The position numbers and the translations under genes are program-made. A DNA stretch of 64,000 nucleotides from the NCBI GenBank assembly GCA_013416795.1, contig RQSC01000018.1:1-64000 (forward strand), written 5' to 3'. Below, one piece after another: positions 9,309 through 19,760 of this stretch. Below the pieces are notes generated by a model. That model did no database searches and was not told the DNA's origin. It saw only the letters and a list, made by a program, of their open reading frames with translations. The DNA comes from Prasinococcaceae sp. CCMP 1430 (lineage: Eukaryota > Plantae > Prasinodermophyta). The number at the start of each line of letters is the position of its first letter. The stretch's first letter is position 1.

Positions 9309-12300
9309 TCATCGCATGCTGGAAAGGTAGGCCGAAGGAGAGAAGACATCCCCGGCGTTGCCTTTCACCGCCGCGGCCGCCATCGCCGTCGCGTTGTCCG
9401 CCGCCTTGATGGGCGTACACAGCGCCGCAGCGCCGCCGAGGCCCTCGTTTTCCTTGCGGCCATTCGGCGACACGCCCCCCGGCAGCATTGCGGCAGCAGG
9501 TGGCGGGACGGACACGGCGCCACCCGCGGCGCCAGCCCCGGCGCCCGTCTTCGCAATGAGCTGCTCGGCCTGCATGAACAGCGATGCGTGCTGCTTGTCC
9601 AGGTGCTGCATCATCTGCAGTACGTCTGGCCCTTCCTCCGCGCCTTGGATCAACTGCAGGAGCTCGAGGCTGGGCGAGGCCATCGATCCGTCCTTGCCCC
9701 TGCCTAGCAGCGACGCGGGCGTCAAGCCCGGCGTGAAGCCCGTGCCCGGCGTGCCCATCGCCCCACGCACCGATGCAGGCGTCTGCAGTGGGACCGTGCC
9801 AGCCGGCGTCGAGCGCATTCCCTGCAGATTCGCGAGCAGTGCAGCCGCGTCCGGAGGCGTGGGAAGTGCCGAACGCTTGTTTTCGTTGTCGCCCAGGGTG
9901 CTGGTCTGCGCCGCCAGCGTGGGAGGCGACCGCAAGTGAGCGAAGTCCTCGCTTAGCCGCACTTTGCCCTTGCCCTTCACGCTCGCATCACGCACGCCAC
10001 TGTCCTTGCCCCCCTTATCCTCACCCTGCGCATCTGCGGCTGCGCCGATGCGGACGCCCTCCACCCGCGCGCCATCCGCCCCCACTCGCCCCTCCACGGG
10101 CACACCCGGCGAACCGAACAGCGGGCGGGCGGCATTGCCTTTGTCTGCATCGTCCTGAGCGTCAGTCGCTGCGTCCGCCACCCCAGCCGGCGTCTTCATC
10201 AGCACAGACGGGCTCACACCCGCGCCGGCCGCCGCCGCCCCAGGGCTGTCGGCCTGCCCCAAGCCGCCGCCGGCCACGGCAGCAAAAGCCGCTGCCGACC
10301 TCGGCGTGAGCTTTGTAGCGCCCGTGCCCGGCGATGCGCTGCCGCGCCGCCGTTTCCGCAGAATCGACGGGGTCGCGCTGAAGGTGTCCGCCGCGTTGCG
10401 AAGCTTCTGCTGCGGCGAAGTCGCACCGCCAGGCGTTTGCAGCGCCGCGGCCGCGGCCGCGTGATCCGCGACGCCGCCCATGCCGGCGCCGGGCGCGTGG
10501 GCCCCGAGACCGCCTCCCGCAGCACCGCCCATGCCTGCTGCACCCGGCGCGAGTAGCGAACTGCGCGTCGCAGGCGAGAAGAAATTCGCGAGCGCCGCGG
10601 CACTGCCCAGCGCAGGGCTGAGGCCTGGATCGTGCTTGAGCAGGTCGTGAAGGTTGGGGGGCTCGTAGTAGATGCCGCCCGGCTCGTCCACGTTGGCGGC
10701 GGTGCGCCTGCCCACTGCCGGCGAGGACGTAAGGCCATGGAGCGCAGCAGCGGCCGCTGCAGCGACAGCCGGGTTGGCGAACGGCGAGTCCGTGAGCCCG
10801 AAGCCCGCGGCCGCTTGGAACGACCCCGCGTTTGCCGCGGCCGCCATCGCGTAGGCCTGCGCAAGCTGCATCTGCTCCGGGCCGAACTGGTTGGCAGCGA
10901 TGCGCTCCGCCATTTGCTCCACGGTCAGCGGCAGCGCGGGCGGTGGTGCCGCGGTCTTTTTCTCAGTCTTGCGGCGGCGGGGCCTGGGCGCGTCGCCACT
11001 CGGTGCTGCGCGCTTGCGCGAGGGCTTGGCGGTGCCGTCCGCACCAGCGGCCCTTGCGCCAGCAGGGGCCCTCGTTCCAGACTTGCCGCTCGCCTTCGCG
11101 GTAGTGGGCTTCGCCGCCAGCTTGGCCGCGGCGGGCTTGGCAGGCCTTGCCTTGGCCTTGTCCCCCTTCTTGTCGCCAGCCACGGCCTTGTCTCCCTTGG
11201 CCTTGGCCTCCACCTTGGCCTTGGCCTTGGGGTCCGTGCCGTCGGCCTTCTTCTTGAAGGTCGAGTTCCAGTGGTTCTTGATGGCGTTGTCCGTCCTGCC
11301 GGGCAGCATCTTGGCGATCTCGGCCCACTTGTTGCCGTGGATTTTGTGGGCCTCCTCTAGGGTCTTGTCCTCCTCCTCGGTCCATCCGTCGCGCTTGATC
11401 TCCGGGTTGAGGTGGTTGTGCCACCGCTCGCGGCATTGCTTGCCGATGCGGCCCGGCAGGTCGTTGGCGATCATCGACCACTTCTTAGCGCCATGCTCGC
11501 CCACAAGGCGGATGATCGCGGCGTCCTCCTCGGGCGTCCACGGGCCCTTGACGAGGTCCGGGTTGAGCACCTTCTGCCACCTGTGCAGACACTGCACGTC
11601 CGTCCGATCGGGGAAAAACTCGGCTGCGCGGGCGAGGGGAAGAGGGGGGTGGGGAGTACGCCGCGTGCACATGGCCGCGACCCGAACGCGAGCGGCGCGC
11701 AGCAGCGGCCGCGGGCGCCACTGCGTCAGCGCCGCCGCCACGTCGCCGGGGCGCGCATCGGGGCCGCGCGGCCGAAACGCGCGCGGCCGCAGCGCAAAAA
11801 AGGGAGGGAAAAGCGCCGCGGCGCGACCGAAAAAAAAAAGCATGCGCGGGAAAAACGCTCCGCGGCAGGGCGCGGCACGCGGCGGGCACGCACGCACCGA
11901 TCTTCTTCCAGTTCTTGCCCTGGTAGATCTGCACGGCGCGGCGGAGGACGCCGTCCTGCGCGGGCGGCGGAGAGGAGGGCGTGCGGTGCGCGTGTGTGTG
12001 TGTGTGGGGGGGGGGAGGAGGCGTGCGCGGCGGCGCGTGCGCGCCGTCAGCTCCCGCCGCGACCGCGCGCGCGCTCGCCCAATTCTCTCCGCGCCCGCTT
12101 TCCGCCGGACGCGCGCGAACCGCGGCGCCCGGGGGAAAATTCAAATCCACGGGAAACTCGAATCGTGGCAAATCGCACGGCGGAGCGGGCGGTGCCCGCG
12201 TTGCCGCGCGCGGCGCCCCGCGGCGGAATCGCGATCCGTAAGGTCGAGCCGTGCGCGAAAACGCGCCAGGAAAAAAAAAAGCAAGGGGCGCGCGTGCGTA

Positions 12301-12356
12301 CCTCCTGCGGCGTCCAGCCGCCCTTGGACGAGCGGCGCGTCGGGCCGCCGACGGGG
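9309..12356 (-). CDS. MYB3R: Three-repeat MYB (R1R2R3) transcription factor; exons ~12356-12302, 11955-11898, 11623-9309; first exon missing (gap)
   Basis: Spliced R1 [15 protein letters not shown]|[19 protein letters not shown]|[22 protein letters not shown]; R2 KGPWT…[15 protein letters not shown]; R3 WT…GNKWAEIAK…[13 protein letters not shown]; also YEPP and TPSILRKR motifs of plant MYB3R. Confidence 0.95.
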
Positions 12357-12396
12357 CTGCGTATGCGCGCGGCGAGGCGGGCCGGAGCGCGCGCAG

Positions 12397-12486
12397 GGCA
12401 TCGGGCGCGCGTGCGGCGACATAGACCAGCGACGACACGTTCGGATGCATGCCCGCCTCGGTGACGATCATGCCCGAGAAGCTGTG
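12397..12486 (-). other. Fragment resembling a bacterial alpha/beta hydrolase (probable contaminant/chimera at contig edge)
   Basis: Translates HSFSGMIVTEAGMHPNVSSLVYVAARAPDA, i.e. a (G)HSxxG nucleophile elbow plus LVYVAA strand; abuts the N gap. Confidence 0.7.
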
Positions 12487-13298
12487 NNNNNNNNNNNNNN
12501 NNNNNNNNNNNNNNNNNNNNNNNNNNNNNNNNNNNNNNNNNNNNNNNNNNNNNNNNNNNNNNNNNNNNNNNNNNNNNNNNNNNNNNNNNNNNNNNNNNNN
12601 NNNNNNNNNNNNNNNNNNNNNNNNNNNNNNNNNNNNNNNNNNNNNNNNNNNNNNNNNNNNNNNNNNNNNNNNNNNNNNNNNNNNNNNNNNNNNNNNNNNN
12701 NNNNNNNNNNNNNNNNNNNNNNNNNNNNNNNNNNNNNNNNNNNNNNNNNNNNNNNNNNNNNNNNNNNNNNNNNNNNNNNNNNNNNNNNNNNNNNNNNNNN
12801 NNNNNNNNNNNNNNNNNNNNNNNNNNNNNNNNNNNNNNNNNNNNNNNNNNNNNNNNNNNNNNNNNNNNNNNNNNNNNNNNNNNNNNNNNNNNNNNNNNNN
12901 NNNNNNNNNNNNNNNNNNNNNNNNNNNNNNNNNNNNNNNNNNNNNNNNNNNNNNNNNNNNNNNNNNNNNNNNNNNNNNNNNNNNNNNNNNNNNNNNNNNN
13001 NNNNNNNNNNNNNNNNNNNNNNNNNNNNNNNNNNNNNNNNNNNNNNNNNNNNNNNNNNNNNNNNNNNNNNNNNNNNNNNNNNNNNNNNNNNNNNNNNNNN
13101 NNNNNNNNNNNNNNNNNNNNNNNNNNNNNNNNNNNNNNNNNNNNNNNNNNNNNNNNNNNNNNNNNNNNNNNNNNNNNNNNNNNNNNNNNNNNNNNNNNNN
13201 NNNNNNNNNNNNNNNNNNNNNNNNNNNNNNNNNNNNNNNNNNNNNNNNNNNNNNNNNNNNNNNNNNNNNNNNNNNNNNNNNNNNNNNNNNNNNNNNNN
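12487..13298. other. Assembly gap (N run)
   Basis: 812 N. Confidence 1.
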
Positions 13299-13418
13299 CG
13301 CCGGAACTCCGCGGGAACGCCCGCCCCCGCCCGCGCGAAACGAGCGGGCGAGGGGCGTTGGTTGCGAGCCGCCATTCGATCTGATATACCCGGCGGGCGT
13401 GCCGCGCCCCCGCTTTCG

Positions 13419-13456
13419 GCGCGCGCGCGCGCGCGCGCGCGCGCGCGCGCGCGCGC
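13419..13456. repeat. (GC)n dinucleotide repeat
   Basis: About 19 perfect GC units. Confidence 0.9.
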
Positions 13457-14259
13457 CGATTTCGAATTCAAAAAAACGCGCCCGTGGGCACGCGGCGAAC
13501 GGCAGGGAAGAGGAACACGCGCGACGGCTGCCGACACGGGCGCCGCACGCCACCGGACTGGACGAACCCTGGCCACGCCGACCGATGCGTCGATCGATGC
13601 GTCGATCAACGACACGTCAACGAACGCCGGGCCGAAAACGCGCGTGCCGCCGGGACGCCGCGCACACGCGCCCAGCCAAGCCAGCCACGACGCACACGAA
13701 CAAACGACCCCAGATTGACCGTGTTTAGGTTTGGGTTCTTTGGGATAGGGTTCACACTCGCGGTTGGTGTTGATATTCAGCGACACGTACGGGCAGGAGG
13801 TAGGGTTTGGGGATGGGCATACGTATACGTACCATCCCATGCATATCATCCTGATCGTACTGTACGATGGTACAGGCGTGGGGTTTGGCAGGTTCGAACA
13901 CGGGAGAGTCTGAGCAGCCGCAGTGCCATCTCATCTGATTCTGAGGGAGTCGTGCGGCCGGCGGCCGCGCGCGCGCGCGGCAGAGCGCGCGCCCCCTCCC
14001 CCGCGCGTCCCTCTCCGCCGTCCTTCCCCCCACCTGCCCCGGGGAGTCGGGCGGAGGGCCGCGCCTCGACGCGACGGTGCGCGTCGATGCACGCACAGCA
14101 GCCGCGCGAGCGTGCGGCAGCGCGACGCCACGACGACACTCGGCCGCCCGTCGACGCTGGCGCTGGCGCTGAGGCCGACGCTCGCATATGCGCCTGCGCT
14201 TCCGCCCGCGCGTGCGAGTGCATGCTTGTTGCCCCCCCCCGCCGCCCCCTCTCCCCCAT

Positions 14260-15100
14260 CGTTCGACTCCCTGAGCTTCTTAGCATGTGAGGCTGACAGG
14301 AGTGTGCCCCTTCGCCACCCCGATGCTTGCGTCTCGCAACCCCGTTCCCCCTCCTTCATTACCGCCGCCGGGCGAGAGCAGCTTGCGCTGCTGCCCGCCC
14401 TCGATGCGGCTGTGCGCAGTGCCTGCGGCGACACGCCGGCGGTGCGGCCGCGGCTCGTCGATGTCGGGAGCGGGCCAGGCCTACCAGGACTCGTCCTGGC
14501 CATCGCACGGCCGGAGTGGGACTTCACCCTGCTGGACGCGCGCCGAAAGGTGCGCGTACGCGCGCGCGCGCGCCGGCGCCGGCGCCGCCCCCGCAATGCT
14601 ACGTTGTGCCGCCGTCGCCGCTGCCGCCACCGATTGCCGTCTTGCTGCGTTGGCGATCGGGAGCGCTGACGTGCGATGGTCTCTAGCGCGTGGATTTCAT
14701 GACCGAGGCTGCGGCCGCCGCGAGTGTGAGCAATGTGTCGGCCGAGTGGGGCCGCGCGGAGGAACGCGCGGCGGCTGGTGCGCCGTGCCGTGAGGCATTC
14801 GACGTGGCGACATGCCGCGCGCTGGCCGACACAGCCGTCCTGGCGGAACTCGTGCTGCCCTTTGTGCGCGTCGGCGGAGCGCTTGTCGCCGCCAAGGGCC
14901 CCGCGCCACATGCCGAGGTCGCCACCGCGAGCGCTGCGCTCAACCGTATGGGCTCAGACGCCGGTGCAGTCGGCATCGCCGAGGTCGCATCCGAGGGGCC
15001 GCTCGGGCCACGCACGGTCGTCACTGCGCCCAAGGTCAAAAAGACGCCCTCGAAATACCCCCGCCCGCCCAGCACCATCAAGAAGAAACCAATCAGGTAG
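14260..15100 (+). CDS. rsmG: 16S rRNA m7G methyltransferase RsmG/GidB (organellar); intron 14550-14686; 5' end unresolved
   Basis: LVDVGSGPGLPGLVLAI, TLLDARRK|RVDF, WGRAEE, FDVATCRAL, LAELVLPFVRVGG-LVAAKG, K-TP-KYPR-P. Confidence 0.9.
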
Positions 15101-15169
15101 GCGGCGCGGCGCGCGGCCGCCACGAGCTGGCGAATGTCGGGCGCGCCTGTATCATACCCCGGAAGCTCC

Positions 15170-15174
15170 TGTAA
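15170..15174 (+). terminator. TGTAA putative poly(A) signal (also at 1811, 19202, 23731, 41173, 51923)
   Basis: Recurs at or shortly after stop codons of + strand genes; UGUAA is the established chlorophyte poly(A) signal. Confidence 0.55.
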
Positions 15175-15374
15175 TCGTGCAAGCTGTATGCACAGGTCCA
15201 AACCAACCCCGTACCCAGAAGTCAATCTTTTGGGCGTCAGGTCCTTTGTGACGTGGAGGGGTAGGCGCGCGCACCAGCGCGCAGGTGGGAGATGCGACAG
15301 CAGACGCAGTGCACGCGCGCCACGCTCGCGATGGCGGCCACTTTGCGCCTCTACCATACATATGTTAGACTATA

Positions 15375-17590
15375 TCAGAGCATGTGCAGACGCCGCGTGA
15401 TCCTGGCTGCGGCGCGCGACGCCAGCAGGCGCGGCATGTACAGCGCGGCGACCGTCGCGGCCGCGGTGACGCCCAAGCCGCAACCAAGTGCGAGCCATGA
15501 GCTCCCCTGTACAAGCACAACCTGGAGAGCGAAAGGGTCGACGCTCCAGTAGGTCTCGCAGAAGAGCCCTTCGTCGGGGCGCACGGCCGACGCGTTTACG
15601 AGCCAGCGCGAGCGCTCAGCATCCCACTCGTAGGCGGCGGAGAGTGCGGGCGCGTAGGCGACCGCCGCATCGACGCAGGTGCCGTTGCTGCACGTGAGCG
15701 CCCCGCCTTCGCCGGGCGCGCACTGCGCGGCGGACGCGCACACCTGCGACGGCAACGGGCAGGAAGAGTCCGACTGTGCCTGCAGATGCCGCCCCGAGGG
15801 ATCCGTCCAATTACACCGTTTTCCCTCAACCGACGCGCTCGGAGTCGTCGACACCGTGGTCGCGAGCAGATCGTACACGAGCGCGTGCTGGCGTAGCAGA
15901 GAGGTGCAAGCGACGCGCACGAGTCAGCGCCAACCCGCGCTGCAAAGCAGAACGACATGTGCAAGGCTCAGGCGTCACGCGCACGCGGTGGCAGAGCGAG
16001 CGGCGCGCGCCCACGACGCACCCCCCGCCGCTTCATATCCGGCGCGGCGTCAGGCCATGACTGCTGCTGCGAGTAACGAGATGCCGTCGCACTGTTGCCC
16101 CCCCAGACGCGCTTAGTGGCAAGCTCGCACTGGATACCAGGATGAGCAGCAACGAGGCAATCCACCAGCGCCGACACGTACGCATCGTCTGCCACGAGCG
16201 ACTTGCAATCGATCTCGCCCCCCGCGCCGCCCGCTACCGCTGCCGCCGCGCAAGTCCCCCGCGCCGCCGCCGTAGCGGCCTTTGCGACCAATGCCTTGAA
16301 GTCCGGCTCAGAGTACGAAGCGAGCACGTCGCGCTGCGACATGTAGTTCACCGGCAGGCGCGTGTCCCAGCCGCTCAGCACCGCACCCCTGTGCAGCCAG
16401 TGGCCGTCGTCGTGCGCCATGGCCATCGCCACCCCTGGCGGGAAGCCAGCGTCCGCCGGGGCGCTCGAGTCACGCACGTCCGTCTCGTTCAGTGCCTTCA
16501 GGAGCTCCGCCGCGGCGGGCGATGCCATTGTCGCCGCGCTGCACTCGGAAAGGCTGCAGTGGGCGAAGAGCTCGCCACCCGCCTGCGTCTGTGAAGTCCC
16601 CACCGACCCGACCTCGAGCAGTGCATGCACGTCCTCCTCGACGAGCCCGAGCTGTGCCCCCCCGCGCAGAGCCCTCCCGAGGGACCGAGCGCCTAGATGC
16701 CCCCACGCTTCGGCGTCGAGCGCTGCCATGGCCACCCGCGCGCCGCCTAGCGCTTCCACTGGGCATCCCGGCTTCCCAACAGCAGCGCACGCGCGAGCGA
16801 GCGCGTCCGCGGCGGCGAGCATCGCCACGACCCCCGAGCGTGGACCAGCGCCCGTGTCCACCTGCGTGTAGAAGAAGCTGCGCGCGTCCATGGAGGCCGC
16901 GAGCAGCACCACGGGTGAGCGCTCGGTCGCATGCTGCGCCTCTGCCCCGCCGGTCACAGCCACAATGGAGTGGCCACCGACGGGAACGCATTGGCGTTGC
17001 CCGAGGGCGTCCTCTGTGCCGCTGGTTCCATCCGTCCGTGCGTCGGACGAGAAGCTCGCCTGGTAGAGCGGCGGTTCAAACGCGCGCTCGTGCTCGTTCC
17101 ATGCAGCGCGGCGCAGCACCTCGGTCGTGTCGTGCGGCGTCATCTGGATGACCGGAACTTCGAGCCGCATCTCGAGAGCGCCGTCTCCGGCGGGGTTCCA
17201 CACGTATGACGCGGACTGCCCTTCATGTGCGAGAGCCCCCTGCGGCGCCGCCGCAGCGGGCGAGTACGCGCCGCTCGCCGCGCTGTCGGCCTCGATGAGG
17301 ACGCCCACCACACCCTCCATTCCCCTCCCACTGTCGGCGAGCATGCTCACGAGTGAAGCGGACGCCCCTTTGCTGCCTGCCCCCGCTGCAAAGAACTCCT
17401 CGGCCGAGACGACAGCAATGACGCCGGTGCCTGCCGCGCGCGCAGCGGCCTCAGCCTTTTCCGCCGCTGCCGTGGCGCCCCCCGCGCCCGTGAGGCGCGC
17501 AAGTGCGCCGAGCGCGTCACCGGCGCAGCCCACCTCGCCCGTGCGCGTCGCCCAGCGCGTGCAGCCGTTGCCGGTGGCGGCGAACGCCAT
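15375..17590 (-). CDS. NCSTN: Nicastrin (gamma-secretase subunit); exons 17590-16022, 15887-15375; true start probably upstream
   Basis: CTR…GEVGC, YVWNPAGDG, CVPVGGHSI, ASMDARSFF, AEAWGHLGAR, and CETYW before a single C-terminal TM helix. Confidence 0.85.
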
Positions 17591-17655
17591 GAGCTCGCCG
17601 ACATCCGCCGGGTGCGCGAGCTCTCGCGTGGGACGCGCCGCAGCTCGCGTCGTGT

Positions 17656-19187
17656 GCCAACCATCCGCTGTCAGGGCTGACGCTGGTGGGGCTCGCGCGC
17701 TTCATCGCGCGCCACCGTGGCGACGTGGAGCCGCTGCGCTTCGCGCGGCGGCTGGCGTTCCTCACGGCGCTCGCTGCGTTCAACACTCTGCTCGCCGTCG
17801 TCGAGGTGCTGCTGTACGGCGTGGCGGTCGTGCGTCGCGCGCACTCTCGCTCGCTCGCGCTCGCCCGCAACGGCGCGCGCGCTCGCGCGTGACGACTCGC
17901 GCGCTCACCCGTCTGTCTCTCTCTCTCTCTCTCTTCCGCCCGCCGCCGCGCAGTCGCGGACCCCGCTGAACCCCCGCCCGGTCTTCATCCTCGGCCAGCC
18001 GCGCTCCGGCACGACGCACGTGCACAATCTGCTGAGCCGCGACACGGCGACGTTCGCGCACGCGACGACCTTCGACGTGGGCTTCCCAAGCTGCTTCCTC
18101 TGGACGCGCGCGTGGCTGCCTGCTCTGCTCGGCGACGCGGTGCTGTCGCCCACGCGCCCGATGGACAACATGGCTCTGGCGTGGGACCTGCCGCAGGAGG
18201 ATGAGCTGGCCTCCTCGCAGCTCAGCGGCGGCGTGTCGCCGTACGCGGCCATCTGCGCTCTGCGCGGCTTCGAGTCGCTGCTGCCGCTGTGGACGCTGCG
18301 CGCACGCGACGGGGCGCGCGATGCGGATGTTGCCGCGTGGCGCGCCGCCTTCCTGCACTTCCTGCGCAAGCTGCAGTACCGCGCGGGGCCGCACAAGCGG
18401 CTGCTGCTCAAGTCGCCGGTTCACACCGCGCGAATCGAGACCCTCCTCGACATCTTCCCGCACGCGTGCTTCATATGCGTGCACCGAGACCCGTACGCGG
18501 TGTTTGCGTCCGGTAAGGTCGCCGCGCGCGCGCGCGGCCTTGCGCGCGCCCGCGCGCCAGCGCGCCTTGAGTCCTAACCGCCGACCGCGCTGCGTGCTGA
18601 CGCTGCTGGCCGCGCCGCCCGCCAGGCCTCAACATGGCAGACAAATACTACGGCTACAGCGCGCTGCAGATGGCGCGTAGCGAGGACGTGCTGGCGTACG
18701 TACTCGCGCAGTTCGAGTGCATGCACGAGGCCTACGTGCGCGACGCCACGCGCCTGCTCGGTCGCGGCCATGGAGGCGGCGCCAAGGCCGCTACGGCGTG
18801 CGGCTCGATCGACGGCGAGCCGCGGCTCGTCGAGGTCGGCTTCGAGCAGCTCGACTCGGACCCTTTGGCAGCGGTGGCGCGTATATACGATGGGCTCCGT
18901 CTGGATGGTGGCGCGCTGCCCGCGGCCGTCGCCGCCGCCGTCCGCGCGTACCTGCAGTCGCTAGGTGCGCGCGAGCGCCCTTACGCCGCTGCCTGTGCGT
19001 GGCCAGCTCGCGCGCGCGCGCGCGCGCGTCCTGTCTGCGCGCCTGCGCACTGACCTCGAGCCGCGTACCCGCAGGCGACTTCAAGAAGAACTCATTCGCG
19101 CCTCTGCCGACAGAGGCGCGCGAGCTCGTGCGCGAACGCTGGCGCGCGGCGTTCGAGGACTTCGGGTACGACGCTGGCGACGGCTGA
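17656..19187 (+). CDS. P-loop sulfotransferase (Sulfotransfer_3/Stf3-like); exons ?-17829, 17954-18512, 18626-18964, 19075-19187
   Basis: HPLSGLTL, PVFILGQPRSGTTHVHNLL, TRPMDNM, PQEDE, LLLKSPVHTARI, HRDPYAV, C-terminal FGY. All introns GT-AG and phase-consistent; no in-frame ATG found. Confidence 0.88.
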
Positions 19188-19760
19188 GATGTACACTGTT
19201 CTGTAAAGTAGCCTAATGACCATGTACCCCGCTTGCGCCACCTACCTGGGCTCGCGCAGTGGAGTCGCGCTGACCGCGCACACTGCTGCAGCTCTCGGCG
19301 CTGGCGGGCGGCGTAGGCCGCGGCCTCGGCGGCCGCCGTCAGCGAGGGACGGGTAGCCGGCCGGAGATCCGTCGTCGCGCCATGGCAGAGCGGCACGAGC
19401 GGACATCGCGTGCTTGCTCGTTGGACTTCGCGGTGTCACCAACGGGTTAATTTATTCAGACTCGTACTGTATCATGCTCACACACACAACATTGTGTTGC
19501 TCGTGAACTAGTCTAGTACTAGTTACAGTTAATTTAACAGCGCGTCGCTGGCATGCAATGCCGGCGCGCCGTGCGTGTGCGAAGCGCGCAGAGGCGCGCG
19601 CGGCCGTGCGCGCCCGTCGTTTGGCTGCGGCGAGGCGGGGGTTGGCCTCGATGGGCACTGTCACTGTGCTCGTCGCCGCTCCCTCTGCACTCCCACGACA
19701 GGTGAATCCGCTCCTCCTCGCGCGTATAAACATGCAGCTGTTTGCTTGCTGCCCGTGCAG

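Noticed and set aside
13582-13607. Short tandem repeat cgatgcgtcgat x2 (also tacgcggcgagc at ~7981)
   Set aside because: Simple slippage duplications with no further structure.
10891-13849. Long ORFs spanning the N gap
   Set aside because: Artefacts of translating N; antisense to MYB3R.
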